Source of the DNA: an uncultured bacterium
GTDB taxonomy: Bacteria > Desulfobacterota > Deferrimicrobia > J040
Reading direction: 5' to 3'
DNA: 64,000 nt
NCBI GenBank assembly: GCA_964429585.1
Contig: CAYSCN010000009.1
Location: 3,816-67,815, forward strand
Shown one piece after another: positions 48,612 to 58,326 of this stretch. The position numbers and the translations under genes were made by a program. Numbering within the stretch: position 1 is the stretch's first letter; the number at the start of each line of letters is the position of its first letter. The notes under the pieces were generated by a model. It ran no database searches and was not told the DNA's origin. It saw nothing but the letters and a program-made list of their open reading frames with translations.

Positions 48612-49715
48612 TTACCAGAGCAGATGCGCGTTTCCTATTCTCACCCGGGAAAGCCCCGCGTCCCTTGCTGCTTTGAGAGCATCCATCGCGAGTTTCCTGG
48701 GCGTTCTCGGAAGATCTTTCATCGCGTGTCTCGGGTAGAAGGCGAGAAGTGAATAAGGGATGTTCGGGTCGAGGGAAGCTATGAACCTGGCGATTTTACC
48801 CACCTCTTCGGCTTCTACATATCCCGGCACGAGGAGAGTGGACGCCACGACTGGTGGCGGTTCGGGCCTTTCGGGGATGTTCGAGGCAGCTTCTTCGAAT
48901 GCTCTGAATGAGGGAGCTTTTTTCTGGCCCGTCAGCTTGACGTAGAGGTTGTCGGACCACGCTTTCAGGTCGAATTTCAGACATCCTCCCGACGTGAGGA
49001 CCAGTGGGGCGATCCTCTTCAGGTGTTCGATGCTCAGAAATCCGTTGGTTTCGAGGCATATTCTCAGAATTCTGCTTTTTCTGTTTTCAAAAGCCCTCTG
49101 TGATGCCTCGATGATGAAGTCCATCTGCGGCGTGGGGTCGCCCCCGAAGTAGCATATGCAGGCCGTGTCCTCTCGCAGAATGGAAGGGATGTGATCCGGC
49201 GAGTGAGAAGGGCGTTTGCGTTGCGCCAGGTTCTTGTAAGAGGCGTTCTGACAGAAGAGACAGTTGAGCGAACAGGCTCCCATGAACACGGCGAGGTTGA
49301 AGTAGCCGTGTTCTGGCCCGTCCCTGTATGAATAATCCGGAAATCCAGCTCCGGTTCCCCCCGCGCAGACCCAGTCGGCCACGCAGTTGGTCGGGAGGGG
49401 GTCGAAATACCATTCGTAGACGCCTTCTCCCGCTTTCCCAGCGTGCGAGATGGTTCCGTCTGCGTTTGCTTTCTTCAGGCCGCAGAAACCGGGTTCTCCC
49501 TTTGTTATGACGCAGCGCGATCCGCAGCCGGTGCAGACAGTTCCCCCCTTGTTTCTCGGAGGGTAAGCGGGAAGCCCGAAGGGCTCTCTGGTTTCCCGGT
49601 GGGATGTCAGATTGGACTCGGTCCTGTCCGGCCGGGAGACGGCGCACTCGTAACATTCTCCCACCGAGCGCGACAGAAACCTCACTTCTTTTTCGCAAAC
49701 GGGGCACTGGGGCAT
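48612..49715 (-). CDS. Radical SAM protein (PFL-activating enzyme / AmmeMemoRadiSam-like)
   Basis: CSLNCLFC (CxxxCxxC), CYFGGDP, LETNG, STLLVPGY; additional N-terminal Cys clusters. Confidence 0.85.
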   Translation of the reverse strand: MPQCPVCEKEVRFLSRSVGECYECAVSRPDRTESNLTSHRETREPFGLPAYPPRNKGGTVCTGCGSRCVITKGEPGFCGLKKANADGTISHAGKAGEGVYEWYFDPLPTNCVADWVCAGGTGAGFPDYSYRDGPEHGYFNLAVFMGACSLNCLFCQNASYKNLAQRKRPSHSPDHIPSILREDTACICYFGGDPTPQMDFIIEASQRAFENRKSRILRICLETNGFLSIEHLKRIAPLVLTSGGCLKFDLKAWSDNLYVKLTGQKKAPSFRAFEEAASNIPERPEPPPVVASTLLVPGYVEAEEVGKIARFIASLDPNIPYSLLAFYPRHAMKDLPRTPRKLAMDALKAARDAGLSRVRIGNAHLLW

Positions 49716-49770
49716 GTTTTTAGTTTAGCAGGAAGAGACAATGTAATAGGGGTGTTTGTTTAAATACGCC

Positions 49771-49846
49771 ATTGCGGATTTCGGATTGCAGATTTCGGTA
49801 TTTTACGTCCCACATTCTGCAATCCGCAGTCCGAATTCCGAAATAC
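49771..49846. repeat. Modular repeat locus 5: D-type heptamer palindrome
   Basis: ATTGCGG ATTTCGG ATTGCAG ATTTCGG ... CTGCAAT CCGCAGT CCGAATT CCGAAAT; same unit as 46178-46208 and 52596-52615. Confidence 0.75.
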
Positions 49847-49855
49847 CGGTGGTGG

Positions 49856-51301
49856 CTATAATTGCACCCACACGTTTTTGACCTGGGTGTATTCTCTTAT
49901 GACCTCGAAGCCCCCTTCCCTGCCGTATCCGCTCTGCTTGTAGCCGCCAAACGGGGCTGAGGGGGCCATCGGCAGGTAGGTGTTCACCCAGACCGTTCCG
50001 GCTTTCAGCTCCCGAGTTATCCTGTGGGCTTTCGCCACGTCCCTGGTCCAGATACCCGCTGCGAGACCGTATATCGAGTCATTCGCTATGGCGACTGCTT
50101 CTTCTTCCGTCCTGAATTTGATTATGGTGGCAACGGGCCCGAAAATTTCCTCGCAGGCGATTTTCATGTCGTTTCTGGCGTCGGCGAAGACAGTGGGCAG
50201 GAAGTAGAATCCCCTTGAGAGCGCGGGATCATCTGGCCTCTTACCGCCGCACAAAAGCTTTGCTCCCTCTTCTATTCCCGCTTTCACGTAGGATTCGATT
50301 CTGCTTCTGTGCTCCTCTGTAATGAGAGGTCCTATGACGGTGTCCTCGTCGAACGGGTCTCCCACCTTCAGAGCCTTTGCCCTTTCGACGAATTTTTCCA
50401 CGAACTCTTCGTAGACGCTTTCCTGAACCAGTATCCTGGAGCCGGCGACGCACATCTGACCGGCGTTGCTGAATATGCCAGGAACTGCCCTTTTCACCGC
50501 CAGGTCGAGGTCCGCGTCTTCGAAGACTATGTTGGGGGATTTTCCGCCAAGCTCTAGAGTCACCTTCTTGTGATTCACGGTGGCGGCTTTCGCAACTAAC
50601 CTTCCGGTCTCGGTAGACCCTGTGAAGGCGATTTTGTCCACGCCTGGGTGTCCTGCCAGGGCGGCTCCGGCTTCTTCACCGTATCCCTGAACCACGTTCA
50701 CCGCACCATCCGGGAATCCCGCCTCCTTTATCAACTTTGCCAGCTCGACTGCCGTTATGGGAGTCTGTTCGGCGGGCTTCAAAACCACGGTGTTTCCCGC
50801 AGCCAGCGCCGGCGCTATTTTCCACGCCGCCATCAGGATCGGGTAGTTCCAGGGTATTATCGCCCCACAAACTCCCAGCGGCTCCACGAGGGTGTAGTTG
50901 AAAAATCTTCCGGGGACTTCAATCGTGTTCCCGCGGATTTTGCCCGCGACTCCCGCGAAGAACTTGAAGTACTCGGCGGTGCTCCTCAAATCCACGGCGA
51001 GGGCTTCTTTGAAGGGTTTTCCGTTGTCCTTCGACTCGAGCTCTGCGAGGCGCTTCGCTTCTCTGTTTATGAGCTCGGAAAGCTTGAACAGAAGTTCCCC
51101 TCTGCGAAAGCCGGAGAGCTTTTTCCACTCTTTGGACTCGAAGCAGGTCCTGGCAGCGTCCACCGCCCTGTCCACGTCTGCTCCAGTTCCTCTCGCCACG
51201 CGCGCCAGGACCTCGCCAGTGGCGGGGTTTACCGTCTCGAAGTAATCTCCTCCTGATGGTTCTGTATCTTCACCTCCTATGAAGTGGAGAACTCTTTCCA
51301 T
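49856..51301 (-). CDS. NAD(P)-dependent aldehyde dehydrogenase
   Basis: IIPWNYP, LKPAEQTP, FTGSTETG, LELGGKSP, GQMCVAG, EEIFGPV. Confidence 0.95.
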   Translation of the reverse strand: MERVLHFIGGEDTEPSGGDYFETVNPATGEVLARVARGTGADVDRAVDAARTCFESKEWKKLSGFRRGELLFKLSELINREAKRLAELESKDNGKPFKEALAVDLRSTAEYFKFFAGVAGKIRGNTIEVPGRFFNYTLVEPLGVCGAIIPWNYPILMAAWKIAPALAAGNTVVLKPAEQTPITAVELAKLIKEAGFPDGAVNVVQGYGEEAGAALAGHPGVDKIAFTGSTETGRLVAKAATVNHKKVTLELGGKSPNIVFEDADLDLAVKRAVPGIFSNAGQMCVAGSRILVQESVYEEFVEKFVERAKALKVGDPFDEDTVIGPLITEEHRSRIESYVKAGIEEGAKLLCGGKRPDDPALSRGFYFLPTVFADARNDMKIACEEIFGPVATIIKFRTEEEAVAIANDSIYGLAAGIWTRDVAKAHRITRELKAGTVWVNTYLPMAPSAPFGGYKQSGYGREGGFEVIREYTQVKNVWVQL

Positions 51302-51331
51302 TTCCTCCTCCCGAACTCATTGGTCAATTTA

Positions 51332-51856
51332 TTACTGTTTTTGCTGAGCCGGTTTCTTGTATACCTTTCTCCTGAAAAGATTGCCCTTCACGGAAGTTAT
51401 TCTGTCCAGGAACAGTATCCCATCCAGGTGGTCTATCTCGTGCTGGATCACCACCGCCTCGAAGCCTTCCGCCTCGATGACGGTCTGATTGCCGAACCTG
51501 TCGAGTCCCTCAACGAGAATCCAGGTCGCCCGCTCCACGTTGCCCGTGTAGTCGGGCACGCTCATGCAGCCCTCACGAACCACCTGCCGTCCCCTCCTGG
51601 AGAGTATCGTTGGGTTGATTATGACCGTTAGCCCGTGGTGCGAGTTGGCTTTTTTGTGTTTGGAGACGTCGAACACGATTATTCTCTTCTGCTCGCCCAC
51701 CTGGGGCGCCGCGATTCCCACTCCGCCTGGGGATGAGTACATCGTTTCTATCAGGTCATCGATGAGGTTGCTGATCTCTTCGGTGACCCATTCGACTGGA
51801 TGCGAGACTTCCTTGAGCCGGGGGTCCGGGTATTTGAGTATCTCCCTGATGGCCAT
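51332..51856 (-). CDS. def: Peptide deformylase
   Basis: GVGIAAPQVG, EGCMS, QHEIDHLDG. Confidence 0.95.
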   Translation of the reverse strand: MAIREILKYPDPRLKEVSHPVEWVTEEISNLIDDLIETMYSSPGGVGIAAPQVGEQKRIIVFDVSKHKKANSHHGLTVIINPTILSRRGRQVVREGCMSVPDYTGNVERATWILVEGLDRFGNQTVIEAEGFEAVVIQHEIDHLDGILFLDRITSVKGNLFRRKVYKKPAQQKQ

Positions 51857-51860
51857 TCTT

Positions 51861-52403
51861 TCACAGTTCCATGGTTTCTATTGGTTTTAGCGTTATGTTC
51901 ACGTTCAGGTCTTTCTTGACCTCTTCCAGGACCCCCTGAAGCTCATCCATGTCGACTTCCTCCGGAATGTCTATTTCCATTATCATCACGTAAATGGGTC
52001 TCTCCTTCTCGCCCACAAGATGCGTGTGGAGATCCGTTATGTTTACTCTCCTGGCGGCTAACTCGGTGGAGACCCTGTACACGATTCCAGGCCTGTCTGC
52101 TCCATATACGGAGAGAATGTATGGGTGTCCCTTGTATCCTCTCTCGTGGCAGACGTCCTCGTCCCTGACCGTGGTGACCGAGATGGTTAGCCCCTCCAGT
52201 TTTAGCTGCGCGAAGGCTTTTTCGAACTCCTCGGTGGTGTTGAACTTCTCGTGGAACACGATCAGAATCATCGCGAACTGGCCGGCCAGAATCGTGCAGG
52301 AGGAATCCTCTATGTTGCATCCCAGTTCATAGAGGACCTTGCTGACCGAGGCGACTATGCCCGGCCTGTCCTTTCCTATCACGCTCACGGAAAAGTGGCC
52401 CAT
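51861..52403 (-). CDS. Tandem ACT-domain protein (GcvR-like)
   Basis: Two ACT repeats GKDRPGIV and GADRPGIV. Confidence 0.85.
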   Translation of the reverse strand: MGHFSVSVIGKDRPGIVASVSKVLYELGCNIEDSSCTILAGQFAMILIVFHEKFNTTEEFEKAFAQLKLEGLTISVTTVRDEDVCHERGYKGHPYILSVYGADRPGIVYRVSTELAARRVNITDLHTHLVGEKERPIYVMIMEIDIPEEVDMDELQGVLEEVKKDLNVNITLKPIETMEL

Positions 52404-52460
52404 ACCTCACCCCTTCTCATTTTTCAGACAAATATAACACAAAATAACGGCGCAGATGGG

Positions 52461-52700
52461 ACGAACATACGAATCACGAGCCACCGAACCGCCGAGGCTC
52501 CGAGGGTTCGTGGATACGTGGTTGCGTGGTTATCGTGGTTGCGAAAAAGCACCCAACCACCCAGCCACTCAATTACGCGCCTACGAACCATCACTCCGCC
52601 ATCCGAATTCCGAATTGGCGGATTGACATCCGGCGGCGGTTCGGAGCTTCGGATGTTCTGATGCTCGGTTGCTCGGAGGTTCGGCGGTTCCGAGGTTCGT
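52461..52700. repeat. Modular repeat locus 6: C[A][D]C palindrome
   Basis: (ACCGAACC-like)n left tract, A hairpin 52505-52589, short D tract, (GGTTCGGN)n right tract. Confidence 0.85.
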
Positions 52701-52806
52701 TGCCTTAGGTGATGAATTTCCTTGAATTTCAAAACGTCCGGTGCTAATTTTTAACAATTACGGATTTCCCGGATTTGCGGATTTTCGAAACTCAGGCGGG
52801 GTGGTG

Positions 52807-54354
52807 ATGAGGCGGATTCAAATTTTGCTGGCAGCGGCTGTTTTTTTCCTCGTTCTTTCTGCCGGTTCGGTTCTGGCTACATCGGCGAAGGTGGCGATAC
52901 TTCCATTCGATGGTATATCTCAGGAAGACATATCCTTCATCCTGAAGGCGGTGCCCAGGCTTCTAAAATCCAGGATTCAGGCTTTGACCGGCGAAGAGGT
53001 CCTCCTGACCGAGCGGGAGGGTCTTGAGAAGCTGGCTCCCGATTACGTCGTCACGGGAACTGTTACCAAGCTTGGCGGCGCGTATTCCGTCGATGTGGTG
53101 GTTTCCGACTCCTCTGGGAAGAAAGTCGCCGGCTCGTTCGTGACAGCGAAGGACGAAAACGGGATAATATCCGGCCTCGACTCGCTCGCAGCCGACCTGG
53201 TAGGGAAAATTCCAGCCTTCGCAGTTCGAGCTCCAGCGAAGGCAGAATATGCGAAAGAAGAAAGGCCGGCTGGGGCTGCTGCTTTACCTCTTCCCGGCAG
53301 GGAGATTTCTTCCGCTTCACCTGCCGCGGCTGAGGGAAAAACAGAGGATGAATTCAGGTCCATAAAGAGACTGAAGATTCTGGGAGAGCTCCCAGGAGAG
53401 ATAATAAGGGTCGCCGCCGGTGAGGCGGACGGAGACGGGAAGGTTGAGGTTGCATTTTCTTCGGTCAACAGGCTCTTCATATACAGGTTTGACGGGGAGG
53501 AACTGAGAAGGATTTACTTCATGGACAGGGAAAAGGGTGCCGAAATCCTGAACCTGAACTTTTTCGACCTGGAAGGGGACGGGAAGGAGGAGCTGATAGT
53601 AACGGAGAAAAGCGGCGATTTCCTCCAGAGCTTCATCCTCGCCTGGAGGGATGGCAGGTTCAGGGTGATAGCCAAAAAACTTCCTTATTATTTCAACGTT
53701 CTCGATGATTTCCGAGGGAAGAGGGTTCTCGCAGGTCAGAGGATGGGGTTCGGTACTGCATACGTTGACAGGGCTCACGTCCTTTCCTGGAACGGGAGCG
53801 GATTCGAGGAGAAGGAAAAGATAAAGATGCCCGAGTCGGGTGAGTTCACGGCGGGAATCATTAACGTAAACGCGTTGAGGTTCAAGGGCGAGCAAAGGCT
53901 TGTGTGGCTCGACGAATACGAGAAACTGAAGGTGTTCGATTTGAACGGAAAGCTCCTTTTCAAGAGCAAGGAGGCCTACTCAGGTGCCCTGCTCTCGTTT
54001 ATAATACCGAGCGAGCCTTTGAAGCTGGAGGGACACACTAATTTTTACGTGAAAGGGAGGGTGGTAAAGGTCGGAGAAAAACAGGGTTTGCCTCTTCTGC
54101 TTGTCAGATTTGCTCCCGAGCCTGCCCTGATTAAGAGCGTGAGAAAATTCGACTGGTCGAAGCTAGAAGTTCTGGAATGGGACGGGATTTCCTTTGTGGA
54201 AAAGGCTTCCAGCGAAAAGGTGTCGGATTTGATGACGGACTTCGCAGTTATGGATGTAGGGGAGAAGAAGTATATTGTCGCTCCGGTCGTGGAGACGACG
54301 ACTTTTGGGACTGTTGCCGAGACCTCTAAACTACTGCTTTTCATTTTAGAATGA
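52807..54354 (+). CDS. Exported FG-GAP/VCBS repeat protein
   Basis: Signal peptide, VAILPF N-terminal domain, GEADGDGKVE and DLEGDGKEE repeats. Confidence 0.7.
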   Translation: MRRIQILLAAAVFFLVLSAGSVLATSAKVAILPFDGISQEDISFILKAVPRLLKSRIQALTGEEVLLTEREGLEKLAPDYVVTGTVTKLGGAYSVDVVVSDSSGKKVAGSFVTAKDENGIISGLDSLAADLVGKIPAFAVRAPAKAEYAKEERPAGAAALPLPGREISSASPAAAEGKTEDEFRSIKRLKILGELPGEIIRVAAGEADGDGKVEVAFSSVNRLFIYRFDGEELRRIYFMDREKGAEILNLNFFDLEGDGKEELIVTEKSGDFLQSFILAWRDGRFRVIAKKLPYYFNVLDDFRGKRVLAGQRMGFGTAYVDRAHVLSWNGSGFEEKEKIKMPESGEFTAGIINVNALRFKGEQRLVWLDEYEKLKVFDLNGKLLFKSKEAYSGALLSFIIPSEPLKLEGHTNFYVKGRVVKVGEKQGLPLLLVRFAPEPALIKSVRKFDWSKLEVLEWDGISFVEKASSEKVSDLMTDFAVMDVGEKKYIVAPVVETTTFGTVAETSKLLLFILE

Positions 54355-54387
54355 GCTGGAAAGGGTTAATATATGGAGAATAAAAAC

Positions 54388-54416
54388 TTGACAATCCCTT
54401 GCGCGAATGGTATTTA
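54388..54416 (+). promoter_or_regulatory. Sigma-70-type promoter upstream of the porin gene (putative)
   Basis: Perfect TTGACA, 17-nt spacer ending TGG, then TATTTA. Confidence 0.5.
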
Positions 54417-54576
54417 TCCAGAAAAAAACGCGGTTTTTTTTCTGGCACCGCAGGCGAAAAAGGAAGGCGGTGAATACACATCTTAAACTGGGAGGGGGTG
54501 ATAGAAGGGAAACCGAGGTTTTCGTCGTTAATTGCAAGCGTCATCAAACCAACTCAAATTTCAAGGAGGGGAAGTT

Positions 54577-56034
54577 ATGAGAAGATTTTGGCTGATTTCT
54601 CTCGTAGTTGCTCTGGCAGTGCTTCTGACACTTCCGGCTTTTGCCGAGCACGACATTGGCGGTTTCATCAGGATCAAGGGATGGGTTTCAAACTTTGGCC
54701 CGAACGCGGGCTACATTGAGGGGTACAACACCTCTTTGAAGAATCAGCTGTCGAAAGATCCCAGCACGACGTCTTTCGTGGAGGAGAGGGCGAGACTGAA
54801 ATTCAAATTCAAAGGAAATGAGTACGTAACCGGTATCGCTTACTTCGAGCTCGACCAGGACTGGGGTGGTTCCGCCTATACGAACGGCCGTAACGTTGGC
54901 GGTGCTCTCGAAGCGGACACCACGAATCTGGAAACAAAGAACCTCTACATCGATTTCAGGGTGCCCGATACCACTCTTGCCCTTCGCGCGGGTGTTCAGA
55001 ACGTGACGGATGCCTATGCTGGAACGATTGTCGGCGTGGCTGATATGGCCGGGGTGTTCGGAACCTACAAGATCGACCCCGTTTCCTTCCGTTTCGGCTG
55101 GGCGAAGTGGTGGGAAAACGACAGGACTCAAGCTGACGACGTTGATTTTTATCTCCTGGAAGGTAAGTTTACGCCTGTGGAAAACTTCAAACTCGGTCTC
55201 AACCTTTACCTGATCAAGGATGGTGTTGGTGCTGACGGGTATGTGGATAAAAGAGAAAAAGGAACTGGCGGTGGCACGATTCCTGTTGGTCAGAGAGGGC
55301 CTGCTCTTGCGTGGACACCTGCGGAGATCGATGTCAGAGGGAAAGCATCTCTCTATTACGTCGGTTTTGACGCGTCCTACAAGCTCGACGTTGCGACGAT
55401 CAGCGGGTTCTTCTTCTACAACTTCGGAACTTTCGACAAGGCAGCACTTGGTGGGACCAAGGACCTGGACGTTGGCGGTTTCGCTGCCGATCTCAGAGCC
55501 GATGCGAAGCTCGGCCCCGGCAAGGGCTTCATTGAGCTTCTCTACGTCTCCGGCGACGACAACCCGAACGACGACTCCTACGACAGCATCCTGACCGCCA
55601 GCAACTACAACCTGGCTGCTTCCTTCTACTACAGAATGGACACTCAGATTCTTCTTCCCAACGGCGACGACATCAACTCCTCGCCAGCTCTTGCTTACGA
55701 CGTCGCCAACAAGGGAAGAGGTCTTCTCGCAGTGGCAGCTGGATACAGCATGAAGCTGACGGATGACCTCACCGGGAAGATAGGGGTCGGTTACATGCAG
55801 GATGCGGAGAAAGATTACGCGAACACTGACCCATTCGGTGGAACTGTGAGGAAGGCCGGGCAGGAAGCGAGCGCGTTCGAGATCAACGCGAAGGTCAACT
55901 ACCAGATTACCAAGGGGCTCACGTTCGGTCTCTATGGCGCCTACGCTTCGCTCTCCGATTACTATGCGGGCTCCACGGCTGATGAGGCTGATGACCTCTA
56001 CATGACCTACGCCAGGCTCCAGCTCAAGTTCTGA
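54577..56034 (+). CDS. Major outer membrane porin-like protein (deltaproteobacterial OmpJ-like)
   Basis: Signal peptide ending AFA; EERARL, YFELD..WG, LETKNLYIDF; alternating aromatic strands; C-terminal Phe (ARLQLKF). Confidence 0.75.
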   Translation: MRRFWLISLVVALAVLLTLPAFAEHDIGGFIRIKGWVSNFGPNAGYIEGYNTSLKNQLSKDPSTTSFVEERARLKFKFKGNEYVTGIAYFELDQDWGGSAYTNGRNVGGALEADTTNLETKNLYIDFRVPDTTLALRAGVQNVTDAYAGTIVGVADMAGVFGTYKIDPVSFRFGWAKWWENDRTQADDVDFYLLEGKFTPVENFKLGLNLYLIKDGVGADGYVDKREKGTGGGTIPVGQRGPALAWTPAEIDVRGKASLYYVGFDASYKLDVATISGFFFYNFGTFDKAALGGTKDLDVGGFAADLRADAKLGPGKGFIELLYVSGDDNPNDDSYDSILTASNYNLAASFYYRMDTQILLPNGDDINSSPALAYDVANKGRGLLAVAAGYSMKLTDDLTGKIGVGYMQDAEKDYANTDPFGGTVRKAGQEASAFEINAKVNYQITKGLTFGLYGAYASLSDYYAGSTADEADDLYMTYARLQLKF

Positions 56035-56060
56035 TCGAACTCGAGCGCTAAATCGGACTG

Positions 56061-56093
56061 AAAGGCGGTTCCCTGAAGGGAACCGCCTTTTTT
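56061..56093 (+). terminator. Rho-independent terminator after the porin gene
   Basis: AAAGGCGGTTCCCT-GA-AGGGAACCGCCTTTTTT. Confidence 0.9.
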
Positions 56094-56187
56094 GTGGTTC
56101 TCACCGTCCTCATACACTTGAGGAAACCTCCCGCCTTCGGTGTTAATCTAAATATATGAGTCAAAAAAGCACGGTGAGGGTGATGAG

Positions 56188-56658
56188 ATGAGGAGACTAA
56201 GGGGTAATGTTATAGCTACGATGGTCGTGATGGTGCTGGCTGGTTTTTTGTTCGTTATCAATACTTCGGAGGTTTCATACGGCGGATTTCTGACCGTTGC
56301 GGGGATAGGAGGGGATGGGAACGTCTATCTCGACATAGAGATTGAAAAGGTGGAACTGGACAGGACAGAGCTTGCCCGGGGCGATACCCTGAACGTGAAG
56401 GTTACTATCAGGAACAGGGGAGACATGGCGATGAGCCAGGCTCAGCTTTTTCTCATAGCCGGTGAGAAAGTGGTGGAATCCAGGCTCGTTGACCTTTATC
56501 TTTTCGGCGTCGATGAAAGGCAGGTGGTGACGATATCGTGGAACACCGGGGATGTGGAACCTGGCGAGTATCAGCTGAGAGTTGAAATTCCGATAATCCC
56601 CGATGCGGACGAGTTCGACAACGAATACACGGTGCCGGGGAAGGTCATCATCAGGTGA
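56188..56658 (+). CDS. CARDB/Ig-like domain protein
   Basis: N-terminal TM; GDTLNVKVTIRNRG...WNTGDVEPGEYQL...DEFDNE. Confidence 0.7.
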   Translation: MRRLRGNVIATMVVMVLAGFLFVINTSEVSYGGFLTVAGIGGDGNVYLDIEIEKVELDRTELARGDTLNVKVTIRNRGDMAMSQAQLFLIAGEKVVESRLVDLYLFGVDERQVVTISWNTGDVEPGEYQLRVEIPIIPDADEFDNEYTVPGKVIIR

Positions 56659-56663
56659 GTGAC

Positions 56664-56807
56664 TGGTTCGGTGGTTCGTTGTCTCGTAATTGCGTGGTTG
56701 AGTGGTTGAGTAGTGGCGTTTGATTTTACGCAATCACGCATCTACGCATCTACGTAACCACGGACCATCTGTGCTCAGATGCGGAGGTTCGGTGGTTCGG
56801 AGGTTCG
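56664..56807. repeat. Modular repeat locus 7: A hairpin inside a C-type tract
   Basis: GGTTCGGT GGTTCG...(GTGGTTGA)n...(ACGCATCT)n...CGGACC ATCTGTGCTCAGAT GCGGAGGTTCGGTGGTTCGGAGGTTCG; right half resembles the reverse complement of 25715-25784. Confidence 0.8.
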
Positions 56808-56812
56808 TTTTT

Positions 56813-57559
56813 TCACGGTTTATTCAAAAATTCCATCAACCTACGCGCGTTGCGGGGTGCCGATGCTCCCACGTCGTTGTTGAAATAAACGTACACTTCA
56901 TTGCTTTCGCACTTTCTCACGGCTTCTGCTATTTTTCTCAGCTCCTCGTCGCTGTAATCGTAGGCGTACCACTTCGTAATTCCGTGAAGCCTGAGATAGG
57001 AGAATTCGGGACACCCGAAAATGTATCCGGGGATGCCCTCGAATCCTGGCGCGCTCACTGCCACCATCGCGATACCCGAATCCGTGAGGGTTTCTCTCGT
57101 TTCATCATCGAACCAGGAGATGTGGCGGAATTCCACGGCGTTTTTGAAATGGCTCGAAAGGGAGGAAGCAAGAAGCCTCATGAAATCGTGATCTTTTTTC
57201 ACCGATGGTGGGAGTTGAAACAAAACTGCCCCGAGTTTGTCACCGAGAATCTCGATGGTCTCGTAAAATTCCCTCAGGTAGCCCTCGCAGTCTCTGAATT
57301 TCTTCAGGTGTGTTATGATTCTCGGGGCTTTAATGGCGTAAATGAATCCATCGGGAGCTTCCTTTAGCCACCTCCTGACCCTTTCTTTCTTCGGGAAGTT
57401 GTAGAAGGTGGAATTTAGCTCGACGGTGTTGAATTTAGATGAGTAGTATGAGAACCATCCTGACTGGGGAAGTTCGTTCGGGTAAAAAACTCCCTTCCAG
57501 GCTCTGTAGAACCAGCCGGAGCAACCGACCCGTATCGTTTTACCCCTTTTCCCGCTCAC
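56813..57559 (-). CDS. DUF72 domain protein
   Basis: VGCSGWFY..W.G.FYP, VELNSTFY, KAPRIITH, LFQLPPS, EFRH, YLRLHG, VYFNND. Confidence 0.9.
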   Translation of the reverse strand: MSGKRGKTIRVGCSGWFYRAWKGVFYPNELPQSGWFSYYSSKFNTVELNSTFYNFPKKERVRRWLKEAPDGFIYAIKAPRIITHLKKFRDCEGYLREFYETIEILGDKLGAVLFQLPPSVKKDHDFMRLLASSLSSHFKNAVEFRHISWFDDETRETLTDSGIAMVAVSAPGFEGIPGYIFGCPEFSYLRLHGITKWYAYDYSDEELRKIAEAVRKCESNEVYVYFNNDVGASAPRNARRLMEFLNKP

Positions 57560-58269
57560 TTCCCGAACAGTTTCTTTATGCCCTTAAGTCCCTCTTCTAT
57601 CTTTTCCCTTGCTTTTTCAGGATTTTTCAGGGATTTGACCGCTTCCTTCACGGCTTTCTTCTGAAGCTCCTTTGCCAGAGAGTCGAGAATTTTTTTCAGT
57701 CCTCCCTCTGGACCGAGCCTGAAGGGTCCTTCGAGTGACATCCTTTTTATCTGCAGGGGGTTTTTCTCAGCTATCTTCGGGGCGAAAAATTTCACGTTTT
57801 CAATCGTGATCCTAGAAATCGTCACGTGGATGGGCTTTTTCTCTCCCGGGGTCCGGGGTTTTTGGGAGCTCGCTTTTTTCCTTTTTTTGCCCCCGAATGC
57901 TTCAGTCACGTTGGTTCTTACGCCCGAGCGTTCTACCCTGAAGGTCAGATCCCTGAGTTTGAGTTCCTCGATGTTTATTTTTTTGTCGATCAGCTCTCTG
58001 AGAGATACCCTGGTGAAACCGTTTCCGAGGATGAGCATCTCGTTGCTGTTGAAACCCTCCGGATTAAATATTTTCAGATTTTCGATGGTCAGTTCGCCGG
58101 AGAAAAGCCCCACGTGGACTCTCTCCACTTTCCCACCGGACGCGAGTTCTCTCGCGAGAAGGCGATTCACCGCATCGGTGACCATTGTGTCGCCGTAGGT
58201 TGCTATCGTGACGCCGAAGGCGACTATCGCGAGTATCACGACCACCAGGACTCCTATCGCTTTTTTCAC
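57556..58269 (-). CDS. AsmA-like membrane-anchored protein
   Basis: N-terminal TM; LFSGELTIENLKIFNPEGF motif; GGAGG RBS before GTG. Confidence 0.65.
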   Translation of the reverse strand: MKKAIGVLVVVILAIVAFGVTIATYGDTMVTDAVNRLLARELASGGKVERVHVGLFSGELTIENLKIFNPEGFNSNEMLILGNGFTRVSLRELIDKKINIEELKLRDLTFRVERSGVRTNVTEAFGGKKRKKASSQKPRTPGEKKPIHVTISRITIENVKFFAPKIAEKNPLQIKRMSLEGPFRLGPEGGLKKILDSLAKELQKKAVKEAVKSLKNPEKAREKIEEGLKGIKKLFGK

Positions 58270-58326
58270 GCTCACCCTCCTTTTCCGGGATATATTTATA
58301 ATACACTTTTTCACCGCCCGTTTAAT

